Shown piece after piece: positions 37,170 to 47,700 of a stretch of DNA of 64,000 nt. The notes under the pieces were generated by a model that was not told the origin of the DNA, made no database searches, and saw only the letters and a list, made by a program, of their open reading frames with translations. The translations under genes were made by a program, and so were the position numbers. Positions within the stretch are counted from its first letter, which is position 1, and each line of letters begins with the position of its first letter. This stretch comes from Oopsacas minuta (taxonomy: Eukaryota; Animalia; Porifera): NCBI GenBank assembly GCA_024704765.1, contig JAKMXF010000188.1, positions 300,718 to 364,717 on the forward strand, in the 5' to 3' direction.

Positions 37170-37481
37170 GGGCCGTATTCACTAAGCATACTTAAGTATG
37201 TACTTAGTACTTAAGTACTAAGTACATACTTAAACCGTATTCACTAAGATTGGTATTCACTAAGATTTAAGCTCATACTTAAGTATGTACTTAAGTACAA
37301 AAGTTAAGTAACCTACCGAGGTTGCTTAAGTTATTCAAGCTCTATTTTAAGTTTCCAAACATATAATATTTATAGATAACATTGATGTAATCACTTCATT
37401 CACTCGTTTTCTTTGATTAATTCATACTTTCACTATAAATTTAGATTTTCTATGATGTAACAATATTACTAAATCGTATAT

Positions 37482-38207
37482 CTAAAGCTGCTGCTGTTGA
37501 TCTTTTTCTAAAAGTCTCTGCTTTTTATAACGGTAATACTCCCTCTGCTCTTCAATCAGCTCTAGTTGAGCCGAGAATACTTCCATCTGTTTAAGAAGCA
37601 CTTCTCGTTGCAGAGGAAGTAAATCAGAGACCGATGTTGACTGTTCGATGCTCCTCTTACGCTTACGCCTTCCCTCTGGACGACTATTAACTACAGTAAC
37701 TTCTGGTCCCTCAAACACTGGCGTTACTTCACTGCTTTCGCTAATCTCGGTGTGTGAAGGCAATGCTGTTGGGGCCTGAAACATATCAACACTACCACAT
37801 ATTCCAGTGAACGCTGGCGTACTTGAGAATATCTGTGATACTCTCTCCGTCACAGATGTGGATAATTCCCTATCAGAGCTTAGGATCCGGATGTCTTCAT
37901 CCTCCACTTCACCAGCTTCATTTGGCCCTCCTCCTGTCCTCCTCGCTTCCCTTCGACTGGAATCCACACGGGCTTTTGCGGAACCTTTTAGATTGTTCCA
38001 CTTCTTCTTTATATCTTTCACATCTCGGTTGTTGCCATGGATGGAATTGATTTTCCGCATAACATTGTTCCAAAGCCTCGTCTTTTTTTTGTTTATCTCC
38101 GCGCACTGACCAGCAGTACCCCTCAATATATCTCCAGCATCCTGGATTGCCTCAATGAGCGTATACTCCTCCTCCTTTGTCCAATTTACTTTGCGAACTT
38201 TGTCCAT
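37482..38207 (-). CDS. Harbinger Myb/SANT-like DNA-binding protein (MSANTD/trihelix type)
   Basis: MDKVRKVNWTKEEEYTLI..KKTRLWNNVMRKINS..RDVKDIKKKWNNLK..REARRTGGGP; C-terminal coiled coil; probable ATG 38207 (ORF open to 38276). Confidence 0.9.
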   Translation of the reverse strand: MDKVRKVNWTKEEEYTLIEAIQDAGDILRGTAGQCAEINKKKTRLWNNVMRKINSIHGNNRDVKDIKKKWNNLKGSAKARVDSSRREARRTGGGPNEAGEVEDEDIRILSSDRELSTSVTERVSQIFSSTPAFTGICGSVDMFQAPTALPSHTEISESSEVTPVFEGPEVTVVNSRPEGRRKRKRSIEQSTSVSDLLPLQREVLLKQMEVFSAQLELIEEQREYYRYKKQRLLEKDQQQQL

Positions 38208-38473
38208 ACTCTTGCTTTGGAATATCAATAACCTCCACCAATTTATAGTTTTCATAATGCAACAACTAGCTCCCAATTCAAGTGCGATACTTGATACATC
38301 TCACAAGTAAATATCCCAACTTCAAAGACCAACACCCTACTTAGATGTTTCAGAACTACAAAGACCAACATCCTACTTAGATGTTTCAAAACTACAAAAA
38401 TCCATATTACCTTATAATCACTTACTGTGCAAAATGTTTACATATCACACCACAACATATATGTTATGTGAAT

Positions 38474-39520
38474 TTAGTTGCTAAAATTATGAATAGAAAA
38501 TTGATCTCTGTAATGCTTTGATGCCAAATGTCCAACAGTTTCCTCAAAGTCAAGAACATCATCCGGATAGGAATCATCGGAGACTTCATCCTCTAAGAGA
38601 GGTTGTTTCCACAGTATTGCTATGTTATGCAATACTGCACAAGCAACTATGATGGAACAAACTTTATCAGGACTCATCCTGAGCTCTCCATGAAGACAGT
38701 GGAATCTTCTTTTCCATCGCCCAAATGTCTGTTCAACAATAACCCTTGTCCTCTTATGTGCATAGTTGTAGTTAAATTGGGGAGTGGATATTGGTTGGCG
38801 ATAAGGAGTGAGTAAATATGGCCTCATCATGTAACCGCTATCTCCTAATATATGCTCCCCTATTGAAAAGGTATTTTCAACATGCATCCCAACACCTGAA
38901 ATCTTCCAAATTCGTGAATCGTGAACAGACCCAGGAAAACGTGCCAATACATCACTAAACATTCCATCTGGTTGGCAAATAGCTTGGACGTTAATTGAGT
39001 GGTAAAAATGCCGATTTATATAATCTGCTTCATTTTCTGAGGGTCTTTGGATTCGTATATGTGTCCCGTCAACTAATCCTACTACGCCTGGAAAGTGAGC
39101 AATCTCATAAAACTTGTTTTTGACTTCTACCCTCTTGAGACCAGCAGGCAAACTAACAAACTGATGGTATATAGCTTGCAAACCCAGAGAAACATCTCGG
39201 ATATAACGAGAAGCAGAAGCTTGGCTTACGTTTATCCCATCTCCACAAATTATCTGGAACGTTCCAGAAGCGAAAAATTGAAGTGCCACACAAACTTGCA
39301 AATGAGGGGAAGCAGCATAAGAACGCTCGGTGAAATTCAAATAGTTAGCTAGCAACTCTGTAATTTTAGATATTGAAACTCTAGAGAAGCGGAAACGTCG
39401 AACAAGTTCAACATCATCATAACAATCTAGGGGATCATTGAGATCCCTGAAAACTCGTTGACGTGCCATTGAGGAAGAGGTTTCTTCTTCTGCGAGAAAT
39501 AGTGGAATCATCTGTGCCAT
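38474..39520 (-). CDS. Harbinger transposase (HARBI1-like DDE nuclease), 348 aa, intact
   Basis: RRFRFSR, LQVCVALQFFASG, FPGVVGLVDGTHI (D), ARFPGSVHDSRIW, ILGDSGY (D), YNYAHKRTRVIVEQTFGRWKRRF (E), IIVACAVLHNI. Confidence 0.95.
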   Translation of the reverse strand: MAQMIPLFLAEEETSSSMARQRVFRDLNDPLDCYDDVELVRRFRFSRVSISKITELLANYLNFTERSYAASPHLQVCVALQFFASGTFQIICGDGINVSQASASRYIRDVSLGLQAIYHQFVSLPAGLKRVEVKNKFYEIAHFPGVVGLVDGTHIRIQRPSENEADYINRHFYHSINVQAICQPDGMFSDVLARFPGSVHDSRIWKISGVGMHVENTFSIGEHILGDSGYMMRPYLLTPYRQPISTPQFNYNYAHKRTRVIVEQTFGRWKRRFHCLHGELRMSPDKVCSIIVACAVLHNIAILWKQPLLEDEVSDDSYPDDVLDFEETVGHLASKHYRDQFSIHNFSN

Positions 39521-40011
39521 TTGTTTATATTAAAATACTTGAATATTTATATATTATATTTGATCATAAATTGATTTAGCAAAACATTCATTAGTGTAAC
39601 TTGGAATGTATAATTCAGAATGAGAGTATTTAACATTACGTACAAAGTAATGCATTCCTTAGTAACACATATGTTATATCATAAGCGTTCGAAGCATTCC
39701 TTGCAACATTATTTGTGGAATATTTCATGAACGTAAACCACAATATTATCATGAGATCATGCATAAAACATGAAAAGTTTTGAAAATATATTCCTGAATG
39801 ATTGAAAGTAATTCTGTAAAGCAATCCATCAGAAACTCGAAAATTCATGAATATAAGTGGTACTTAAGTATATACTTAGTTAAGTACATACTTAAGTACG
39901 TACTTAACTCTTAGTGAATACGACTTAAGTACGTACTTAACTAAGTACATGCTTAGTACTTAAGTACGTACTTAGTACTTAAGTACTAAGTATGCTTAGT
40001 GAATACGGCGG

Positions 40012-40380
40012 CAGGTCTCTATATATCGGATGTAGATTGGGAGATTGTTTGCAAGATCTGTACATGCTGATAACTATACAACATTGCCTAACACACCCAA
40101 TTATCCATACGAAGTTCAAACAAGCAGTAATAATTATATTAGGTATGACCAAAATATTTGTTATTATTATAGCTATCATAATTTTACAAGCTTTACGATA
40201 TGGCCATTCAATACTTTAGTTCAAACATTTACATTTATATAAACGTATAATATCTTGAAACTTAATACTGCTAAGATGATTGCTTATTGGGAAAGATACC
40301 TTGTAAATATGGTAGTACGTTTTAACTATTAGTAATAATATTTTTGCTCCGTTTACCTTCCATAAAAAGTATTATTCATC
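40012..40380 (-). pseudogene. 7TM receptor-like gene, 5' part (ectodomain remnant and TM1)
   Basis: Reads ..SIEWPYRKACKIMIAIIITNILVIPNIIITACLNFVWII..SPNLHPIYRDL, in frame with the 3' part across the TSD; two in-frame TAA stops further upstream. Confidence 0.7.
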
Positions 40381-41803
40381 CAGTAATTTCATCTAATTAG
40401 CATTAAGTCATTCATTGTTAGATCGTAATACTTTCAGGTAAAATTTAAAATCCCTTTGTTACATTTACAAAAATGAAGATAATAGATAAGCTGACAAAAG
40501 ATAAAAAGTATCCGTTACTAATACACGTTTTATGGTAACTGCTACATTTATCATATCCTCATCGTCTAATATGATTTGTCAACATTTCTTTCTTTATCTA
40601 AACTAAATATCTAATTAAACAAATGTTTACTCATATTATTATTTGATGTAGTAATGTTGTGATTCGTAGCCTACTGGTATACATAATTACATCTAATTTC
40701 TCCTAAATATTTCTTGGATCACTATGGTAGTGTTTTGCAAGCCTCTCAACCTGGGAACTTTAAATTTCGAAAATTTCAGATTTTCCTAATACCCGAAGCA
40801 CGAATTGCCGAGATTACTAACCAAAAGCGACATAGCATCTTCAGTGTCACCACAGAAGGCCATTAAATATAATTTGGATGGACCATGGATAATAAAATCT
40901 TAAACATTATGCTATATTAACGCCCGAGGCACGAATTTCCGAGTTTATGCCGTCGTGTAGCGACCAAAAGCACTAAGAAAATTATCTGTTTAATGCTTAA
41001 CCTAACCTTGACACAAAGCTGTCTCGCAGCGACCTAGCAAGCGTACGCGTTAGTCTATATTATTTAAACGCAATTAATCTCTCTCTCTATATATTTTATA
41101 TATGTTTCTATGTCTAAAATTGATTGAAGAACTGCAAGACACCCAGGGGTGATTTTTGGCTTACAGGGGTATTTTGGCCCTAGCTCGGACAAGTTTGAGC
41201 CTTGGGCCTGCCCCCCCTGAAAAGAAAAAATACTTAACCCTGAGACAAATTTTTCTTGAAGAAATTTCAAAGTTACCGCTTGACACATATTTGACCTAGA
41301 AAATCACAGAAGAGTGGTAGAACAACTGTTGTCGAGCAATTGTTATGACATTTCACCTCGATGATAATCAATATATTGAATTTGTATCCATTTATACATT
41401 TTTATAGTAATTCCGCCTGGAAACTTTCCCTCTCTAATTCACGATCTCCTTTTCTTGGCTAGAGGGAGGTAATTCTCCAGCCGAAAGGGGGGGCCATATA
41501 ATAATCACGATTTGAATGACGAAAAGTTATTCATGAGGTGTTACTAGAAATTTCATTTATTTCGCTCCAAAATTGAGCAAGTTGATTACCACTAATGTGA
41601 AAAGTCGAAACAAATACTTGACAACAGTCATGATACAATATTCTGTGATTTATAAGACCCAATGTGCTACAAACGACATTATTAAATTTCTTCAAGAAAA
41701 CTTGTCGGCTCCTTTACTGTGAATTGGGGCGCCAAATTTTCAATACTTCTCCATATTTACAAACTTAGAATTCTATTTACAGTTTATACTTAAGTATCTA
41801 GTC

Positions 41804-43084
41804 ATGTCTTCTAAACCTGTTAAGACTGCAGCACTGTCTTTACCTAAAGGTAGTTCTTCCCATGGTAAGGTTGCCCCCAGTTTAAAACCGATGGGAAAGA
41901 ATATTCCTTCCAATCAATCCAGATCTTCAAAGATATCAAATCAACGTTCAACTGACCGTTCCTCAAACACAGCAATGAAGAGGGATTCTAAATCACTCCC
42001 AGCTAACAAACAAACCACAAGGACACATAAAGATTCTTCAAGTTCTAAGAGTACTGACTCCGATTCTATTTCAGATTCTGAGAGCGATTTCAGTGGTTCC
42101 AGTTCTATCAGCTCTTCTTCTGATTCAAATTCTTCTCGCAGTTCCTATACCAGCTCATCGAATTTTGCTGAAAAACCTTCTACAGTAATTGAAAGAAATA
42201 AATTTGCTAATATCAATACACAGAGTGGAAATCATACATCAAAATCTGATCACCAAGCTACCAGGACATCTTCCAATTCTGATATCGAAATGTCTACATT
42301 GAATGTCAAAGATAGCAAGAAACCGTTTACATCTTCACAACAATCGAGGGAGAACAAAGATACTCGTAAATCCTCTATCTCACCATTACGGTCTCAAACT
42401 CGGTCAAAGAAAGAAGTAAGAAATAATTCCAAGAACTTACCTCCTAAAACAACCAAAATACATGTTGGTAATTTAACACGTAACATTCTTCGCTCTCATC
42501 TACAGGAAATATTTTCAAATTACGGTAAAATAAAGAGTTTAGATTTTCCACTGGATACTATATCAGGATTCAATCAAGGCTATTCTTATATTGACTACTA
42601 TGAGTCACAGAGCGCTACTGATGCATTGAATTTCATGGATGAAGGTTATTTGGATGGACAAGTTATATCCGTTCAGATTACACATCCATTGAAGAGAGAT
42701 TCTTATAGAAGTTCAGGTAGGAAAAGTCCGAAATATAGTCCTCATAAGCGGAACTGGAGTCCTCCAAGTCGGAGAAATGCTTCTGATTATAGACGTGGTA
42801 GAAGCCCAATAATGCGAGCACCTGCTAGATTCCAGAGGCGTAAAAGAGACCAGAGCTTTTCATCCAGTTACTCCCGCAGTAGATCGAGGAGCGCTTCTAG
42901 ACATAGATCTTCTGGGAAAAAACATTACAGTAAGCATACTTCATATGATAAGCATAGAAAATATTCTCGTTCTATTTCCTCTCAAAGATATGTTTCCCGT
43001 TCATCACCTAGGAAATCTCGTTATAGAAATAATCAAAGTGTATCTACTAGTTCTTCATACTCCTCGTCATCTGATAGTCCTTGA
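41804..43084 (+). CDS. RNPS1: RNA-binding protein with serine-rich domain 1 (EJC/ASAP component), 426 aa, single exon
   Basis: Ser-rich N-terminus; RRM TKIHVGNLTRNILRSHLQEIFSNYGKIK..GYSYIDY..MDEGYLDGQVI matches recalled RNPS1; RS-rich C-terminus. Confidence 0.88.
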   Translation: MSSKPVKTAALSLPKGSSSHGKVAPSLKPMGKNIPSNQSRSSKISNQRSTDRSSNTAMKRDSKSLPANKQTTRTHKDSSSSKSTDSDSISDSESDFSGSSSISSSSDSNSSRSSYTSSSNFAEKPSTVIERNKFANINTQSGNHTSKSDHQATRTSSNSDIEMSTLNVKDSKKPFTSSQQSRENKDTRKSSISPLRSQTRSKKEVRNNSKNLPPKTTKIHVGNLTRNILRSHLQEIFSNYGKIKSLDFPLDTISGFNQGYSYIDYYESQSATDALNFMDEGYLDGQVISVQITHPLKRDSYRSSGRKSPKYSPHKRNWSPPSRRNASDYRRGRSPIMRAPARFQRRKRDQSFSSSYSRSRSRSASRHRSSGKKHYSKHTSYDKHRKYSRSISSQRYVSRSSPRKSRYRNNQSVSTSSSYSSSSDSP

Positions 43085-43220
43085 GTTTACTTACTTATTA
43101 ATAATTAGGGAACTTCATATTTTAGTTATCAGCATACAATATATCTATTTCCCACTTTATGATTGATTGATTGATTGGCAATTTCTATTGAAATTCTTGA
43201 TATATGTCAATTTATTATTA

Positions 43221-43456
43221 CCGTATTTCTCTGAATAGGCGCCGGGATCTAGAAAAAGGCTCCAAGAGTGACTACAAATTATCACCCCCTGTAGAATATT
43301 ATTTTTTGATGAAATTTACGCCTTATTTGACTATGCAACAAATTAGAATAATTTGATTCCCAAAGTCATTGGTATTTTCAAAAATTGTAAAAAATTCATA
43401 CGAAATAATGCCCACGAAAAGAATAAGTACCCAGGCGTTTATTCAGGGAAATACAG
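43221..43456. mobile_element. Tc1/mariner (pogo/Tigger-like) MITE
   Basis: Imperfect ~23-bp TIR CCGTATTTCTCTGAATAGGCGCC / GGCGTTTATTCAGGGAAATACAG, flanked by TA on both sides. Confidence 0.75.
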
Positions 43457-43514
43457 TACAGTACGTATCTTCTATTAAAATATCAAAGTTCATATCTTAT
43501 TTTAATTTGTCGAT

Positions 43515-44440
43515 ATTTTAGTGTAGCTCCTATAGGAAGGTGCCCTAATGGCATGGACGATGTGCGACGTCCGCGCGGCCGTGCGAAATCTAGCATTCGA
43601 ATGAACATGAAAATTCATACTTATTTATTTTGGTTCGGAGATTTGCACCTTGGGTATGAATTTTTTCTAAAGTGAATATTTCACACCTTTTTGGTGATTA
43701 ACCATATTTGCACCACCTTTCTATGTATAATACAAAAGAAAATATAAAATGATGGGCGGCGAAGACCATGGGGCGGGAGGGGCCTGCCCCCTTGGGCCTC
43801 AGGTCAAAGGGGCTGCCCCCCCTCGTGATTTCCTTATAATTACTTCATATATTGTAGTATAACGATATATGTCACTAGTGTATTAAATAGCGCCACTTAA
43901 ACGGTAAAATCTGTGGTCCCGAAATTAATGTATAATTGTATATACTATATTGTTTGCTTTTATAAAGAGAATTATTAGCCACACAATTACATAATGCTCC
44001 CGCCCCCTTGGGATTATACTCGTTCGCCGTCTATGAATTCAACATGTTGTCAGGGGTAATTGGGTGCGTAGAATCCGATTTTGAGAATCTAGTCAGAAAG
44101 TTACAAATTCACAGAATGATCACATGAATAATCATATTTTCACACCTTTTTGCATATTATTCAATATCATGCTAGAAATTCATTTTAACTGCTAGTAAGT
44201 GGTAATCGAGTATGTAGATTCCAATTTTGACATTTTCTAATCTATATCTAAATGAATTATCATATGATTAATTATATTTCACACCTTTGTGAATACTTCC
44301 AAAATTATTCGGAATTTTATTCATAAGATTTGAGGATAGAACATGAAGTACAATAGGGGACAAATAATATTGAATATCCTGAAATATTTATCAGATCCAG
44401 GAGAGCTGCTCTACCAGTCTGTCAGCCGGACATATTTTGA
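43515..44440 (-). mobile_element. HINE-like element copy B (inverted relative to copy A), interrupted by a MITE
   Basis: 44076-44405 is the near-exact reverse complement of 35324-35651; terminus TTTTAGTGTAGCTCCTATAGGAAG at 43515. Confidence 0.7.
43751..44035. mobile_element. Degenerate MITE nested in HINE-like copy B
   Basis: GATGGGCGGCGAA ... TTCGCCGTCTATG imperfect TIRs plus GGGGCGGGAG/CTCCCGCCCC inner repeats; host sequence resumes on both sides. Confidence 0.6.
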
Positions 44441-44789
44441 AGTGTTCGCGTTCTCCGCAGCTCAAGTAAGCAAAGCTTGCTTCTACTGTATGGTGTATGA
44501 ACTTGTATTTATAATATTGATCAGCGTGAACAGAACGAGGCACCAAGATAATATGATAGTTACACTTGCTGTGTCTCAGGAAAATATTGATCTGTTTGAC
44601 TATATTTTTGTGAAATTATCCACTACAGTAGAACCTCGTTAAATCATGGTTAATTAATGTATCCTAACTTTACCGGATACCCACACTTCGTTCCTGACAT
44701 ATATATTAAATCACTCCTTAATTTACACCATATACAAGATAGTAGAATCTGCAGCTGACTGATACTTTCACTTCCTTATTCGTATAGCA

Positions 44790-47700
44790 ATGGATTTATC
44801 TACTGGTAACAAACCAGAGACTGCTAGCTCTAATCTAAGAAGCATTCTCGCTAAGGTTGGTCACAATAACATACAGATACGAGCTTCTGCTCTGAAGCGA
44901 ATTGTATTCAAACTAGACAGCAACCTGATCACACTATCCGACTTAATCCATGAGAGAGAGTTTATATTGAATCTAATGGAATGGTTTAATCATTCAGATA
45001 TTACACACGGTTATGACGTATTGAATTTACTACTCAAGATAAGTGAATACCCTATTCCAGCTCGTTATTTGAATAGTATAGGAGCAGTAACGTATCTCTC
45101 ACAACTCAGACAAGACATAAACGAGTCAGAACGTTGTATCCTAGACAATATCACAGATAACCTACTGCATACAAGTAATTTCGATGTACCTAAAGATAAT
45201 ACACTAATTCCCAGTCGATATATAGAATTGTACGATAATAATGATACAGTATCAAACACAGTATATCCCGTAGCTCCTACTAATATAAGCATACACACAT
45301 CTCTCACAATACCTAGTGATTTGTCCCAACTGTCTATTACAAGTCATTCATTACAGCCAGTAACGAAGCATAATTTAATTACTAACAATTCTACACAGAT
45401 TCTAACTCAATCCGATAGAACTATAATACAAAAGTTTATCATGACGTCACGTGATAAAAATGAAGTTAAGCCTGACATACTGTTATCTATCGAGCGTATG
45501 TTCTCAGAATACCAGCTAAATAATCTAGTTAGTTTCCATAATTTCTCAGACGCTCTAGTCAATCTTAACAGTTCAATTTATCAACAAGAAACTCCTATTC
45601 AATCACTATACACTCTAAATCTTATCAATCATATTCTAACTACTTACAAGCTACATTCAAATCTATCTAAGTATATTTCCTACACACAACCTACATGCAC
45701 CTCAGTAAATATGATACAATTCATAACGAATATTCTCGATGGTTCTAATACGAATTTAGAATGTCTATTAGCAAAAGATTGCATTACTCCAGTACAACTC
45801 AGGACTATCTCTATACAGTTAGATGTAATTACTAAATCTATAGAAACTCTAACGGCCATCTACTATAAATCTAATGAAAATAATTCAGAATTAATATCAG
45901 ATACTTTCGTACTTATCACTACATGTATACAGATAATAAGATCTGCTATCATACAAGAATCTAACCGACCTGTACTGGTAATTATATTATCCGGTCTAGT
46001 AGTAGTTTCAGATAAATTATGTGTGTTCTTACGGTATATTGAATCTCAGAGTGTGTCTGAGATATCCGGTACCAGCAGTATTTACACTTTATTAGATCTA
46101 GCATGCTCTAGCATGCTCAGTTCATGGCTACCACAGTTGCGAACGTATGTGAGTCCATTTCTTAACATAATTACACCAGACACTGATAGAATATTTTCAC
46201 GGTTCCTAGAGGTTGAGGATAAATACAAGTTAAGCATGGATCTTGTTAGAATTGCGAATAGAATACGTTTGAAGAAATGTCCTATTGAAATGCATTACTT
46301 AACTGTGCTGAGTCTATGTCAGGATAGTTTATCAGTTATTTCCTTGCATAACGACTGTGTTATTGTGGAATGTATTGTGGAGATTTCCTATTGGTTATTG
46401 CACGAGAAGAGAATGGGAATAAATGATGACGTAATTGAGTTATTGGCGCGTTTATTAGAAACTTATCATACTGATCAGTCAATAGCTATTTATGCTATTC
46501 ATAAATTGTGTAGTTTATTGAAGCATGAATTGTCAGTGAAAGATGTGAAGATATTTCCATTTGAATTAGTTGAATTATTAGCTAATTATAGTGTTATATT
46601 AAATGATATGGATGTAAATGTTTGGAGCTCCACATGGCAATTGGTTTTCTTCCTAGCAACAAAAGTCGATAATGGAATGCTGCTTGAAAGCATTAGTAAA
46701 TGGATTGGAGAATTTCAAATGAAAGCGAATGAAACAGAAATGATTGAGAATATTTTTAAAAGGATTACAAACAAAAGTGCTAAGATCAATCTGGAAATTT
46801 CTAAAGTATACATAAGATTTTGCTATCATAAAAATGATGAAATCAGGTCCAAAGCAACTAATTTTTTGCGAAATAATCTCGAAGAAGGCGTGAGATTCCG
46901 CGAAGATTTCCTATTGAACTGTAGACCCCCCGTAACAGAGCACAAAGTGGGATTCAGAGTACCTTTCCATACAGAAGATGTTCAGAAAATACTAAATATC
47001 ATGACGTCACCATTATTAGAAGTTCGAATAATACTCTCAGCTTTTGAACAATTATGTATCCTATTACAAGATCCAAAACTCCACTCGCTAATGAGTCAAC
47101 CAAACAATCTTTCGCATCTAATTGATAGTATTAACAAGAATATTCCTGAAAATGTTGATCTAGCGCATGCAAGTATTTACTCTCTGCGGCTTCTAACACA
47201 ATTCAACCGTAAATTAGCTTTACACCTCTCAAACGATGCAAAATTATTCGCTTCACTATTATACTGGACACAATACACTGTAGAACCTATACAAACATAT
47301 AATCTCTCAAAATTACTATTTCTATTAGTTTTCGTACACTCATTGAGGTATAATGAAGTAATACAGATATCACGTACACTTCAAAACACAATAATTATTC
47401 CATTCGATGTAGTTCCTACTGATTTCAGCCTATTCCATTGTGAATTCGATTCCTATAGAGACCTCTTAGAACACAGACATATAAGGGAAGGGTTGATCAA
47501 CTCTTGGCAGTGCGAGTTGACTAGAAATAAATACGAATATTCCAAAATGATTAGGAAGCAGTTTGAAACCAATTTTAAGTTTGTATCGCCAATAACAACA
47601 CTAACCGAGTTGCTTAAACAAATTCCTATAAATGAAGAAGAATTAATCGCTGCAAATGAATTACTTAATATTAATCTCTCCTATACACAAATAGAGAATA

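Larger units (their letters stand above)
37170..40011 (-). mobile_element. Complete PIF/Harbinger DNA transposon, 2842 bp
   Basis: 3-bp TSD CAG (37167-69, 40012-14); TIR GGGCCGTATTCACTAAGCATACTT vs AAGTATGCTTAGTGAATACGGCGG; subterminal arrays of palindromic TACTTAAGTA; encodes DDE transposase and Myb/SANT protein. Confidence 0.95.

Noticed and set aside
38208-38276. N-terminal extension MGASCCIMK.. of the Myb ORF
   Set aside because: The Myb/SANT domain starts right after the Met at 38207; the upstream start is possible but unsupported
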